Part shown: positions 28,601-37,445 of the stretch, piece by piece
How positions within the stretch are numbered: position 1 is the first letter of the stretch
Layout: each line of letters begins with the position of its first letter
Source of the DNA: a virus
Direction: 5' to 3' (one strand)
Virus record (IMG/VR): IMGVR_UViG_3300030108_004965
Location: 32,001 to 96,000 of that record
DNA: 64,000 nucleotides
The notes under the pieces: generated by a model
The model's database searches: none
Told to the model about the DNA's origin: nothing
What the model saw: only the letters and a program-made list of their open reading frames with translations
Position numbers and translations under genes: made by a program

Positions 28601-29728
28601 CGTGTCGGTATCGGTATCTGTGTCCGTGTCGGTATCTGTGTCTGAGGATTCTTCTCCATCCCTTAACCACTTCATGAAGGGCTTACCGATTTTATAACCA
28701 CCGATAAATGGCACTGCATCAGGCACCTTGGCTTCTTCAAGTTCTTTTATTTTGGCTTTGAGGTCAGGATACCTTTCTGCTACTGTTAAAATATTCTGCA
28801 TCAATTTTTTAAAACCGACATCTTTTAAAATTTGAAGAGCAGCATCTTTTTCAAATTTTGCTTCAACTAACTTTTCGTAATTCTCTTCTCCAAGAATTTC
28901 TCTTCCTATTGCTTCTCCGCCCTCTGCTCCTGTTTTTTCCCAAACTGATTGAACCAACCAATCTACTGGGGTAAAAAGTACCTCTAGAACCCACGCAGCG
29001 GGGTCGCCAATGCCAAAAAGTTCGGCGCCATCTTGAGCGATGTCAGCAATCTGTCCGGCGGCGGGTATTTTTCTGACTGCTTTCATAAACCAAGGCTTTG
29101 CTTTTTGAGCCATTTGGGATTTTATAAATTCGCTCAAGAGTTTTGCTAACCCTTTAAGGTCAGAAGTTGTATCTGCTTTTATTGCTGTGCCGGATTTCTT
29201 CTCTGCTGCATTTTTCAGAATTTCTTTTTGTTCATCCGATAGACTATCTTTAAAATCTTTTGAGATACGTTCGTACGCTTTAGGATTATTCCCAATGGCT
29301 CGTAAAAATGCCTCCATTTGGTCATCAGTAATAGTCTTTTTGGTTGTATCTTTTTGTTGCTTCTTGAGGTCTTCGAGTGTATCCCTGACAAATCCTAAAA
29401 TTTGGTTACGTTCTTTCTCGTCTGTTATCTCGGACCACTTACCATAAGGGATCTTTCCTTTCTCTAAAGGGCCTTCATATTTTTTAACAAAAGCATCTAA
29501 TTTATCGTTATTCCTTGCCTTTCGTAAATTTCTTTTTATTCCCTGTAGGGCATTGTAGGCCTTTGATCCTCTTTTTATTACAGATTCTGCCTCCTCCAAC
29601 TCATCTTCCATCATTATCTCTTCGACGATCAATCGGTTAACAACGGATGACTCGGCAAGTTTTCGCTTGAGGATTTCTTGAATAAGAGGGTGTCTCCAAA
29701 CATCAATAGCAATTTCTTTATTGTTCAT
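25643..29728 (-). CDS. large acidic hypothetical protein, probable virion/internal protein
   Basis: 1361 aa, strongly D/E-rich, DT repeats, many (L/I)xE motifs. Confidence 0.7.
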   Translation of the reverse strand: MNNKEIAIDVWRHPLIQEILKRKLAESSVVNRLIVEEIMMEDELEEAESVIKRGSKAYNALQGIKRNLRKARNNDKLDAFVKKYEGPLEKGKIPYGKWSEITDEKERNQILGFVRDTLEDLKKQQKDTTKKTITDDQMEAFLRAIGNNPKAYERISKDFKDSLSDEQKEILKNAAEKKSGTAIKADTTSDLKGLAKLLSEFIKSQMAQKAKPWFMKAVRKIPAAGQIADIAQDGAELFGIGDPAAWVLEVLFTPVDWLVQSVWEKTGAEGGEAIGREILGEENYEKLVEAKFEKDAALQILKDVGFKKLMQNILTVAERYPDLKAKIKELEEAKVPDAVPFIGGYKIGKPFMKWLRDGEESSDTDTDTDTDTDTDTDDGNEEYFKPTEAEQNAEKVIGKQKYRPLFDLVNDEVTRRALAYFIYFLEQPFGDGRLNEYEFGDTSVPEKQFREGKKWLWKTLGDESIQALIRFIKDEEAQAEFRKVFAKQELALIRPALDSSTGTDTGTDDDKDKDPQTDQTVTTGGNELEVDKDEQKQEVEQAENEADPEEDFSDNSPNVTAEAYGEAIYKQMDNFYGQGEGSSFMKQIFLSAQGMMLRDLVKNLDDIIKGKMGDSDGEQAALTNAEPSRAERPESPAPDEEATEPSTEPKELPEAVGDLVKKGKEAFKKGFSDTSDDITSRINKMKRRVQGDSAPVEEFEFNRNEKVTLKRELSAMADLLTRTKRIAKEYEKSATRTSANKRFDGTSLEKSLNTILGHVQTHLARLVHELLKAYQKYEAEAGEGVELQEQEGDVDRKEKIRNVENFFNKTGNLYVKSLKPSMESGNDAKAKQVAKEMYDLAKEIVPYFPRTRLSSGGQIVSLNDAIEELESSIKVFSKVLRDIFMTVKDQSIAPQQISDAALSLEELASIIADKFDIPSKITKKDKKIMKDANPEQNTLTTDQVEPELSDEPQLSPQEIQDEFEKYEAKINNLKDLIERLESDELKTNKEIDELVIAYTREMALNEDIGKYKKEIIDEIEEVISLYDAGMDKPTSDALKKFLSAYEKLEDWSPDLGDYATPIEDPTAVSDDFEDPDLIGDIGKFLEDKKEVYEKLKSFVEDENSVSKDLELEENLADSIRDYQEKFDKLKDTYSTLTKDLSNKVFGNVKRMANTFVDLYDDLSSSLNPAGEEDYVDSLDKALGVDDDEPQNEIEEIKQRFSSDLRTLFVSSTAYVKPEEQTQANKKIEDSLLGIFKAVMDYNNEAGLSDEPLNFYYQENKNTEMEMISEIVPVVGQIVLMGEIKTESIAEFKNSEFNIIIEFISIGQEKNKSQKIRTLYKIMKDDKKDPLEAALEGRESIEEQLVNKLKPIIEQMLRGRDG
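28595..28642 (-). repeat. hexanucleotide repeat encoding about seven Asp-Thr pairs
   Basis: degenerate GAYACN x7; shorter TGTDTGTDD copy near 28200-28230. Confidence 0.9.
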
Positions 29729-29903
29729 CTTGAATTCCTCCCTCGAGACTTGAAATGTAAGCCAAGATCGCTTCCTTTATTTCATCATCGACAATTTCCT
29801 CGATTTTTTCCATTGCATTTGCTCTCATGCTCTTTTGTTGAACTTGAGCAGCCTCTAGTTCTTCTTTGATAATCTTGATCAATCTGTTTTTTGAAATCTT
29901 CAC
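29718..29903 (-). CDS. small protein with MKISKNRLIKIIKEELE motif
   Basis: ORF track; RBS GAGG; CTATTTA motif at 29931-29937. Confidence 0.75.
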   Translation of the reverse strand: MKISKNRLIKIIKEELEAAQVQQKSMRANAMEKIEEIVDDEIKEAILAYISSLEGGIQDEQ

Positions 29904-29930
29904 TATTAATACCTCTAGACATTATGACTA

Positions 29931-29937
29931 TAAATAG
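29931..29937 (-). promoter_or_regulatory. candidate late-promoter motif CTATTTA
   Basis: intergenic, upstream of probable virion genes; recurs at 39146, 41281, 45810, 51691, 55502. Confidence 0.45.
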
Positions 29938-29948
29938 ACTTCTTTTTA

Positions 29949-30194
29949 TTAATGTTCTACAGGTTTAATGCCCATCTCATTCATTTTTATAAGATATTCG
30001 AAAAAGGCTTTGATGCTTTCATCATTTTCTAGTTGATACCCAACAGTCCCAACGGCAGCGATCTCTTGTAGAGAAATACCGTGAGCGGCTGCTTCTTGGC
30101 ACCAGTAAATAATGCCCTTCATAATTTGCATAATTTCTGGATCTGCTTCGGCCTTTGTCAGAAAAGACTCTAAATTTTTATCACTTAATTTCAT
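29949..30194 (-). CDS. hypothetical protein
   Basis: ORF track. Confidence 0.65.
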   Translation of the reverse strand: MKLSDKNLESFLTKAEADPEIMQIMKGIIYWCQEAAAHGISLQEIAAVGTVGYQLENDESIKAFFEYLIKMNEMGIKPVEH

Positions 30195-30612
30195 TTAATT
30201 GCTCCATTGCTTTATTTACTAACCAAGAGGATGATTGCGGCTTATCTTTTCCTCCAATACCCCATAACATTTGTATTCCCATTTGTTCACACAAATCCAT
30301 TTCGGGGGTGTTTTCTTTTTTTCTATCTCCGCCGTTTGCGAATGCATCTGGTCTATGATATCCAATAGCATTACACACCGTTCCATCAGCGTCATTCACG
30401 CCGGTTACAAGACTAACTCCTTTGATGTTGCCCATAATGTAGGCTCTTTCTTTCCAAGGCATAAATACGTATCCTTTCTTTCTCATAAGCCAATCATCAG
30501 AATTGATGACCACAATGACAGTGCCCCACTTTGAAGCCTCCTCGATCATCTTAATATGTCCAATGTGAACCGGATCAAATCCACCACTCACCATAATTTT
30601 TTTCATTTTCAC
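30181..30612 (-). CDS. cytidylyltransferase-like nucleotidyltransferase
   Basis: SGGFDPVHIGH, VINSD.WL.RKKG, FANGGDR, SSSWL. Confidence 0.88.
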   Translation of the reverse strand: MKMKKIMVSGGFDPVHIGHIKMIEEASKWGTVIVVINSDDWLMRKKGYVFMPWKERAYIMGNIKGVSLVTGVNDADGTVCNAIGYHRPDAFANGGDRKKENTPEMDLCEQMGIQMLWGIGGKDKPQSSSWLVNKAMEQLNEIK

Positions 30613-31106
30613 CTCGCAATAAAATTAAGCCAAATTTCTGGGACATCAAGATGGTGATAAAAATCTATGATGCTTACATTTGGTACGTATGGTGTTTTAA
30701 TTAGTCTCATAGAGGCCTCAGAAGGCGTTTTATTGCCTTTTTTTTGATTACAAGTGTGACAACAAGTAACAAGATTTAACCAGCCTCTACCACCCCCTCT
30801 AGACTTTGGAATAACGTGGTCCAATGATAATTCTTTGTATCTAAACTCTCCACTGCAATATTGACAAGTATACTTATCTCTCCAGTAAATGTTTTTTCTG
30901 GTTGGACTCATTGACACTCTTCTTTTCTGTATATAATTTTTAAGAACAATGACCGATGGAAACAAAAAACGGGCACATGGCCCGTGAGTATAATTCTCAA
31001 TAGGCTGTGCCCGTCCGCTGTAAACCATACAGAATCCTTTTTCTGCTGGTATTATTTCTATAGGACGCCAAGCAGCATCCAACTTTAGTGTCATTAAGTT
31101 CCGCAC
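30609..31106 (-). CDS. HNH endonuclease (McrA-like)
   Basis: RD.YTCQYC, LDHVIPKSRGG, NLVTCC..CNQKKG. Confidence 0.92.
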   Translation of the reverse strand: MRNLMTLKLDAAWRPIEIIPAEKGFCMVYSGRAQPIENYTHGPCARFLFPSVIVLKNYIQKRRVSMSPTRKNIYWRDKYTCQYCSGEFRYKELSLDHVIPKSRGGGRGWLNLVTCCHTCNQKKGNKTPSEASMRLIKTPYVPNVSIIDFYHHLDVPEIWLNFIAR

Positions 31107-31113
31107 ATATTAA

Positions 31114-31437
31114 TTAGGCCTTTGTCATTAGTTTCGACGCCGGGCCATCGGGAGTTAGTTTAGAAGTCACAATCTCAGGTAGGTTGAAATTATCAACAAA
31201 AGATTTGAGTTCCCCAAATGCCTTCTTGTAATCAGGCTCCATAACAACTTCGGTTTTTCCACCGTGACCGTGAATTGCATGAACTTCACCAATTGAATCA
31301 TAAACAGTTACACTAGGGTGTTCGCTTAGCCAAGTAACTGCTACTTTACCATTATCAAACACGAAGCCTTGAGCGACCCTTCCTGTGCCACTAATTCCGC
31401 TTTCATCTTCAGTTCTGTTTAAGTAAAAAATTTTCAT
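31114..31437 (-). CDS. hypothetical protein (R.ED.SG.SGTG.VA.G motif)
   Basis: likely start MKIFYL at 31437. Confidence 0.65.
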   Translation of the reverse strand: MKIFYLNRTEDESGISGTGRVAQGFVFDNGKVAVTWLSEHPSVTVYDSIGEVHAIHGHGGKTEVVMEPDYKKAFGELKSFVDNFNLPEIVTSKLTPDGPASKLMTKA

Positions 31438-31450
31438 TGTGTTTGTTCTC

Positions 31451-31891
31451 CTAGATCCATTCATAATCATCATCATCACTGGATTCTTCTTCGATCTCTT
31501 TTTCTTTTGTGCTTTCATCTTTAATCCTGTTAACTTCGCTTGGTGTTTCAATTTTTATTTCTTCCAATCCTCTAAATTCAGTTACTATCACAAGGTGCCT
31601 ACTCGAAATAAATTTTAAAACCTCCGTAAAAATTTCCAACACATCTTCAACATATGGAATCAAATATAATGTAGACTCTGATACTCTTAATTCCATGGCC
31701 AGAACCATATCTTTGTTTTCAATTTCAATGACTCTATCCCCTCTTAAATAGGCTGATAAATCTGTTTTATCCTCGAAATACTCTAGCATTTTCAAAACAT
31801 AGTGCTGTTCTTCTTCCATAGATTCTAGGTTCAGATTTATACCATGCAAAAAAATGTTAGCAATACCAGATGAAAAGTAATCACTACTCAT
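31451..31891 (-). CDS. hypothetical acidic protein
   Basis: ORF track. Confidence 0.65.
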   Translation of the reverse strand: MSSDYFSSGIANIFLHGINLNLESMEEEQHYVLKMLEYFEDKTDLSAYLRGDRVIEIENKDMVLAMELRVSESTLYLIPYVEDVLEIFTEVLKFISSRHLVIVTEFRGLEEIKIETPSEVNRIKDESTKEKEIEEESSDDDDYEWI

Positions 31892-32681
31892 TTTTAACCT
31901 CTAAATTGTTGATAATGTTCTCAATTATTTCTTTAGTTTTCTCAGGACCTTCTGTTGTGTAGGCCTGATTGAGGCAAGCATTATAAATCTCATAATCATT
32001 TCCATTTTGCCCACAACGATCACCAACAAACCAAACATCCCAATTAGGAAAATGTTTTAGTCCATAAGTTTTATCCCATCCTGTTGGATAAATGTCAAAC
32101 GAAGTATCTCCACCAAGTTTTATCGTAACATCATTGTTTATCTCTTTTAGTTGTAGGATTGCCCTTAGTTCATCAATAAAATGCTTACGAATACTTCGTT
32201 CCTTATCCATTTTGATGAATTGTTCTCTTTGTTTTTGATTAGCATTTCTGCCAATCGGACTCCAGTTGATCAGAGAACCTCTGCAGTTTATAAAATGTCC
32301 GGTCAAAGGACAGCCAATGTGACAGACATCCAATTGAGAACAGATCAACTCACAAATCAATTCTCTATATTTTTTTTCTCCGAGTTCTTTTTCCATAAAA
32401 ACTTCGTGTGCAAGTTCAAAGTCCCCATCAGCAGTTTGTGGGGGCTTAAAGTACTTTGTTCCATTACAAGGCATCAAGTGCGTCTTATAACGACAAGAGG
32501 AGTTTTTCAAAAAACTTTTCATTTGCTCCCTTAGATAGTCTTCATCGGAACCGGTTATTATTCCGATTTCTGCGAATTCACTAAGTCTTCGTAATGATGG
32601 CTCTAAGATCTTGGGATTAAATTGTTGTCTGGGTTCAGTTAACGTTCCGTCCATGTCGAACAATACAATTGTCCTACTCAT
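31884..32681 (-). CDS. eukaryote-type phosphomannomutase (HAD-IIB, PMM family)
   Basis: LFDMDGTLTEPRQ, GSD, RGSLINWSPIGR, GGDTSFDIYP.GWDKTY.L, FVGD...GNDYEI. Confidence 0.88.
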   Translation of the reverse strand: MSRTIVLFDMDGTLTEPRQQFNPKILEPSLRRLSEFAEIGIITGSDEDYLREQMKSFLKNSSCRYKTHLMPCNGTKYFKPPQTADGDFELAHEVFMEKELGEKKYRELICELICSQLDVCHIGCPLTGHFINCRGSLINWSPIGRNANQKQREQFIKMDKERSIRKHFIDELRAILQLKEINNDVTIKLGGDTSFDIYPTGWDKTYGLKHFPNWDVWFVGDRCGQNGNDYEIYNACLNQAYTTEGPEKTKEIIENIINNLEVKNE

Positions 32682-32883
32682 TATTTGAACTCCCAATTGG
32701 GGTACCTGATTTTACAACAAACTTGGTGCCAAAAGGTCCACAGCGGCGAACCTTTGTAAGGCCGTCTAGATTATTTCTATGTTCGTCGGCTTGCTGGAAA
32801 TTATCATAAAATGCAACGTTGTTCCACATAACTTTTTGTGGGTTCGGTAACCTTTTGTCAGTAGTCTCCGTGTTCTCACTCAT
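32674..32883 (-). CDS. hypothetical protein
   Basis: ORF track; RBS GGAG and upstream promoter. Confidence 0.65.
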   Translation of the reverse strand: MSENTETTDKRLPNPQKVMWNNVAFYDNFQQADEHRNNLDGLTKVRRCGPFGTKFVVKSGTPIGSSNNE

Positions 32884-32919
32884 ACTGTTCTCCTATTATA
32901 AAAATGTAGTTGTTCTTAT

Positions 32920-32948
32920 AATATAACCTATGTAAGATCACTTGTCAA
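32920..32948 (-). promoter_or_regulatory. sigma70-type promoter
   Basis: TTGACA-N17-TATATT with A-tract. Confidence 0.7.
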
Positions 32949-33108
32949 GTTTTTTTTCTACTTCGCCTTTAACATCCTTTATAATGTCGAGAGCCTCGTA
33001 AATCTTTCTTTGGTAAGGTTCTGCTGTGGCCAAGTAAGCGGCTCTTCTAATTTTATGTTCAATTTTGTCCAGAGCCAAATAAATTTTTACATCTAGGTCA
33101 TTGCTCAT
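32938..33108 (-). CDS. hypothetical 56-aa protein (not in track)
   Basis: MSNDLDVKIYLALDKIEHK..., coupled to upstream stop. Confidence 0.55.
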   Translation of the reverse strand: MSNDLDVKIYLALDKIEHKIRRAAYLATAEPYQRKIYEALDIIKDVKGEVEKKLDK

Positions 33109-33325
33109 TTTCTACAACCTCTAAATAAATTTCTGGTATTGTTTCTTCCCTTCCGTTCGCCCACAATACGGTTATTTTACCTCTATCGATACCATCATAG
33201 GAGTGTGTTGTTTTTTCATGTACTTCCTTGACGATCCCCAATAGTCCTAAGTTTAGTGAACTACGAATAAACTCCGACATAACTACTCCAGAACCTCTCT
33301 GTTTAACTAGGTCACCTACTTTCAT
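33098..33325 (-). CDS. GDLV-family SH3/KOW-like microprotein
   Basis: MKVGDLVKQ...GIVKEV...VLWANG...YLEVV. Confidence 0.75.
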   Translation of the reverse strand: MKVGDLVKQRGSGVVMSEFIRSSLNLGLLGIVKEVHEKTTHSYDGIDRGKITVLWANGREETIPEIYLEVVENEQ

Positions 33326-33539
33326 TTAATAACTCCAATTCATAATCTGAGAACTTCCAGACACCATCTGTTGTATGTACATAATAAATGATTCCTCGAA
33401 ACTCTATGCACCTATCAACCTCTATTATGATGCCAACACCCTTATGTTCTCCTCTAACAAAGAAAGGAGCGAATCCGGAATGTTTTATGGCTACAAGATC
33501 CCCTATCTTAAATATAGCAGATTCTTCTGTCATTGTCAA
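33312..33539 (-). CDS. GDLV-family SH3/KOW-like microprotein
   Basis: FKIGDLVAIK...GIIIEV...YELELL; C-terminal NESR* is the next gene's ATGAAAGTAGGTGA read in another frame. Confidence 0.7.
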   Translation of the reverse strand: MTMTEESAIFKIGDLVAIKHSGFAPFFVRGEHKGVGIIIEVDRCIEFRGIIYYVHTTDGVWKFSDYELELLNESR

Positions 33540-33589
33540 ATTTTCTTTTTGTTTATTTTTTCTTTTATATACATGTATAATAAATACTA

Positions 33590-33934
33590 TTAATCGTTAT
33601 TAAATAACTTTTCTGTATTATACCTTTTAATTAATTTATCAAACTCTCTTATATCTATACCTAACATTCTAGCACCATCTCTTTTAGATTGACATGCTGA
33701 TAATACAAATCTCAATACAGCATCTTTACAAATAGAGGGCATGGCTTTCCACAATGGAAAATTGTATAACTTTTGCTTGGTTAATTGCGCTGATAATTCT
33801 AATTTTATTGCAATTATTTCTTCAAAAGTTAACGTGGATAGCGTGTTTAAGAATTGATCGTTCACTCTTTGTTTTTTTCTCATAAGAGAAATAAAAGAAT
33901 AATTCTTAAATTTGTTTGTCTTTTTAGTTGACAT
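33590..33934 (-). CDS. hypothetical protein with C-terminal Fis-like helix-turn-helix
   Basis: QSKRDGARMLGIDIREFDKLIKRY. Confidence 0.6.
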   Translation of the reverse strand: MSTKKTNKFKNYSFISLMRKKQRVNDQFLNTLSTLTFEEIIAIKLELSAQLTKQKLYNFPLWKAMPSICKDAVLRFVLSACQSKRDGARMLGIDIREFDKLIKRYNTEKLFNND

Positions 33935-33972
33935 CAGAACCTTTATAGGTTATATTATATCTGTAGTTGTTT

Positions 33973-34866
33973 TTAGTTTTGCATAGAATCATATTGATCC
34001 GTTGATGGCTCCGATACTTCTTTTTGGATTTCATCTTCGAATTTGTCAAAATATAATTTCATGTTTGTGATCAGGTAGTCTACAAATATTTTTTTGTCTT
34101 CTACATTTGCCAACATGTCATAAGCATCAAGGATATATTGTGATACTTTCTTAAATGTTGTAAACGCCATATTTCGTCCTGTTTCGTCCAAGCCAGACAA
34201 ACCATCTCCAAATTGTTCTACCTCGTTTGGTTCGTCATCGTCTTCGACAGGTATCTTTTTTTCTTCATCTTCGACATCGATCTGGATTTCTGCTTCTTCT
34301 AGCGCACCTAGGACATCTTCCAAATCATCATCGCCTTCTTCTGCTCCCGTAACATCTTCTGGTGTTTCGGTTTCGGTTTCTTGACCATAAACTTCTTCGT
34401 CAGAGTTTGGTCCCCCAAATTCCGGAGTTGGCTCAGCCATCAGCGCATCAGTTCCTGATAAATAAGTATCATTAACAAGTGAAGGTGCAAGTGCCTTTTT
34501 GACAGCAGAAATCATGTGGGCACGAAATGACTCTCTTTGGGTTTTTGATGTTGTCATTCTCTTATAGTCAGTTCGAAGAGTTGTGATCATTTTCTTGAGG
34601 ACATCTTCGAGAACATTAATACCAGTAGATCGATGAGGGTGCATATCTGAAATGTCTCCCTCTTGAAGAAGTTGTCTTATTATTTTTCTCAAACGCAACT
34701 CTTCAGAGATTCGTCTTTTCTTATTTTCTAAAATAATTTTATTTATTTTTTTTCTTATGTATTTTCTGACAACTTGTTCACCAATAATTTCTTCTCTCAC
34801 AGGCTCTTCCTCTTTATCAATTAGTTCAAACAGTTGCTTGAAACTTGTAACTTCAATTTTGGCCAT
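33973..34866 (-). CDS. acidic hypothetical protein, probable virion protein
   Basis: LRLRKIIRQLLQE motif, acidic linker. Confidence 0.65.
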   Translation of the reverse strand: MAKIEVTSFKQLFELIDKEEEPVREEIIGEQVVRKYIRKKINKIILENKKRRISEELRLRKIIRQLLQEGDISDMHPHRSTGINVLEDVLKKMITTLRTDYKRMTTSKTQRESFRAHMISAVKKALAPSLVNDTYLSGTDALMAEPTPEFGGPNSDEEVYGQETETETPEDVTGAEEGDDDLEDVLGALEEAEIQIDVEDEEKKIPVEDDDEPNEVEQFGDGLSGLDETGRNMAFTTFKKVSQYILDAYDMLANVEDKKIFVDYLITNMKLYFDKFEDEIQKEVSEPSTDQYDSMQN

Positions 34867-35966
34867 TATTTAAACCTTAATCTAATTTTTCTATTATTTT
34901 TTAACACTCTTTTGACTGACTCTTGTAGGTCGTTTCCTTCTTTCATCTCTTCTTTGTCTTCTTCTTCATTGTCATCTCCACCAACGTGCTTACGTAATTG
35001 TGGAGGAACTTTAGACATATCTTTCTTTTTAGAGCCACCTTCTTTTTCTTTCTTGTCCTGTTGTGCTTTAGAGATAGGTTCTTCTTTGTCTCCGTCACCA
35101 TCAACATCAGGAAAGTCAGGCTTTTCTGCCTCGTCTACGATGTTATTTCTTTCCTTGGTTTTCCGGAGCATCTCGTCCGCTCCTTCATTGTCAATCATAT
35201 CTTCTTTTTTGACCGGAGGGTGATCATCTCTCTTGTGATCTTCTTCTGTAAATGCCTCCAGAACAGTCAATTTTGATTCATGTATGTTCCTGATAATACT
35301 ACCATCTTCGAACTTAACATCGTACTTGGTGACTTTCTGTAATGATTCGTTCCAATTATGGTCAACAGTTACGCCTTTTTTTCCTTCATGCACAACATGG
35401 TGCGCACAATAGTGATTTGGGGCAAAAACTCTATCTTGGTTTTCTTCAAGATCGTATTCTTTTTTGTTTTCTTTTAAAATACCGAACTTTTTCATAAGAA
35501 GCTTGTTGAGTTCGTTGTTTTTCCATTCATTTAGAGACATTTGTTCGTTCCTTTTTAATTTTAATCCGTCTTCATACTCGCGCAAGGTTTCATTACCATC
35601 TTTCATGGCTTCTTGTTCAAGTTTTTTCAATCCTTTGTTCTTTAAATAGTACCCTTCCCCATGATATCCCCCAACGTCTAATCTGCCTTCGAGGTTCTGT
35701 CTGTGGTGAATAAGTTCGTGTGCGATAGATCTAAGCATGTCTTTTGGGTGTCGACCGTCAGTATATACGTGTATTTCAAGGGTGCTAGGGTCATAATAAG
35801 CTGTTTTTCCCAAAACATCAGCCTGATTACTAGGTTCTGAGTCGAAAACCATCACAGGAGGCTTAGAGAAGCCGTATTTTTGATCAAAATGATCATACAT
35901 ACCGTTGACATGACCTTCTAAAGAGGACAAATCAATGTTTGCGGGGTTTTTTATCTGACAGGGCAT
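34866..35966 (-). CDS. HExxH zincin-like domain + DxDGDG motif protein, probable virion protein
   Basis: DMLRSIAHELIHHRQ; KPDFPDVDGDGDKEEP; multiple LxE motifs. Confidence 0.65.
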   Translation of the reverse strand: MPCQIKNPANIDLSSLEGHVNGMYDHFDQKYGFSKPPVMVFDSEPSNQADVLGKTAYYDPSTLEIHVYTDGRHPKDMLRSIAHELIHHRQNLEGRLDVGGYHGEGYYLKNKGLKKLEQEAMKDGNETLREYEDGLKLKRNEQMSLNEWKNNELNKLLMKKFGILKENKKEYDLEENQDRVFAPNHYCAHHVVHEGKKGVTVDHNWNESLQKVTKYDVKFEDGSIIRNIHESKLTVLEAFTEEDHKRDDHPPVKKEDMIDNEGADEMLRKTKERNNIVDEAEKPDFPDVDGDGDKEEPISKAQQDKKEKEGGSKKKDMSKVPPQLRKHVGGDDNEEEDKEEMKEGNDLQESVKRVLKNNRKIRLRFK

Positions 35967-35973
35967 ACCTTAA

Positions 35974-36282
35974 TTAGTCCTCTAAATCCGATTTTTTAAC
36001 TAAAATAAGGCTTATTTTGACTGGTTTTGAGTGTCCAAACGGCAGTATTTCGGCTATTTTTATCTCTCTTTTGTCTAATTTACCGGTATATATTGACATT
36101 AATACCCCATATTTGTAGTCTCGGGACACTTTTTCGTGCTCAATATGCCATCCGGGCCACCTAACTATCTCTCCGATGTCGAATTTTTCCGTCTGAGAGT
36201 CCCCAAAAACCTTATTTTTGAGTTTATCGAGCATTTCTTTGCTCAATTTAAGTATTTTCACCTGAATTGCGTCCATAATCAA
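35974..36282 (-). CDS. hypothetical protein, possible GDLV-family relative
   Basis: FDIGEIVRW...YGVLM. Confidence 0.55.
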   Translation of the reverse strand: MIMDAIQVKILKLSKEMLDKLKNKVFGDSQTEKFDIGEIVRWPGWHIEHEKVSRDYKYGVLMSIYTGKLDKREIKIAEILPFGHSKPVKISLILVKKSDLED

Positions 36283-36562
36283 TCAATTCCACGCAATTTC
36301 CCCAAGGATCGGTCAAATAATGGTATTTTGAACCGTCTCGGTGCTCCTTGAACTCTAATTTACTAAAAGATTTCGGATTTACCTCCACAGCGAAGTGATT
36401 TGGGTGCGAATTTCGCAAAAAAAGTGCTAATTTTACGTTATCGAACCTCAAAAGCGCCCAAGATTCGTCATGATAAAGCATTTCTGCTTGAAAAGCGGCC
36501 CTATACCACCCACATGCCTCATAAATATCATCAACAGGTATCGCTATGTGGTCAATTTTCAC
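36248..36562 (-). CDS. VOC / glyoxalase-family protein
   Basis: IDHIAIPVDD...WY, NHFAVEV, DPWGNCVELI. Confidence 0.85.
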   Translation of the reverse strand: MKIDHIAIPVDDIYEACGWYRAAFQAEMLYHDESWALLRFDNVKLALFLRNSHPNHFAVEVNPKSFSKLEFKEHRDGSKYHYLTDPWGNCVELIDYGRNSGENT

Positions 36563-36927
36563 TCTTCACCCAGTTCTTCAAGCATTTTCACTATAGTATT
36601 GTCTAAATTTTGCATCCCAACAGGCTCAACTGGGTCCATTTCAGGTGTTACTTGGTCATATGCACCCTCTTCCATGCCATATTCCACATAATGCTTGACA
36701 GTTTTAAGGTAATCAGCGGCTTTTGTCAGTTTTGCTTGTACCCAAGACTCTAATTGTGTAGTATCTGTGAGCATTTGGCTTAATTCTCGTGAATATCTTT
36801 CCATATCGTGCAATTGTCTCTTAGCCATAGCCCCTTCGTGGTCCATTTCTTGACCCATATGGGGGTCATCCATCATTTCACACTCTTCTTGGATGATTTC
36901 AACAAGTCTTTTTTTACTAATCTTCAT
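36559..36927 (-). CDS. small protein with MKISKKRLVEIIQEE motif, probable virion protein
   Basis: DHEG.MAK.QL, LESWVQAKLTKAADYL helical motif. Confidence 0.7.
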   Translation of the reverse strand: MKISKKRLVEIIQEECEMMDDPHMGQEMDHEGAMAKRQLHDMERYSRELSQMLTDTTQLESWVQAKLTKAADYLKTVKHYVEYGMEEGAYDQVTPEMDPVEPVGMQNLDNTIVKMLEELGEE

Positions 36928-36930
36928 TTT

Positions 36931-36993
36931 TTAGCCCTTTATAAATGCAATATAGAATAAAAGCAATACAATAACTGTCATTTCTTCAAGCAT
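36931..36993 (-). CDS. 20-aa hydrophobic micropeptide
   Basis: GGGAG RBS, MLEEMTVIVLLLFYIAFIKG*. Confidence 0.45.
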   Translation of the reverse strand: MLEEMTVIVLLLFYIAFIKG

Positions 36994-37070
36994 CGCTACT
37001 CCTAACATAGTAATTAGAAAAAAAATTGTTATTTTTATTGTATTTTCGATTTTTTCTTCTATCGGTATCA

Positions 37071-37445
37071 TTAATTCAGCCCTATAAATTGTAATTCACT
37101 CCTAGGAACCTTCAAGATCATACCAATGAACCAAGAATGGTGACAATAAATGTAGCATTCGTCAGATTTAGCTGCCTGCCAAGGTATATAATAATACTCA
37201 GAGTTCCTAGGGCAAGGAACAAACTTCTTATCATTATGAGAATAGTAATAACCTACCCCCTTTCCTTTTAATCTGACGGGTTCCAAAAGGGTACCATCAT
37301 CATCCTGCAGCATTTTTGCGAGTTTTTCAGCCATTTTCAAGGGATTTTTGTATAAATACTCCCTTAACTTTGCTTTATTTTTGATCTCGCTATTCTCCGC
37401 CGCCACCATCGCCGCCTCCATCGTTGCTATCACCGTACCCGCCAC
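37071..37445 (-). CDS. hypothetical protein (start uncertain)
   Basis: ORF track; 5' end overlaps Gly-rich tail of upstream gene. Confidence 0.55.
   Translation of the reverse strand: MAGTVIATMEAAMVAAENSEIKNKAKLREYLYKNPLKMAEKLAKMLQDDDGTLLEPVRLKGKGVGYYYSHNDKKFVPCPRNSEYYYIPWQAAKSDECYIYCHHSWFIGMILKVPRSELQFIGLN

Noticed and set aside
30609-31106. HNH gene as an intron/homing element
   Set aside because: Free-standing, coupled to neighbours, no interrupted host gene or intron structure evident.
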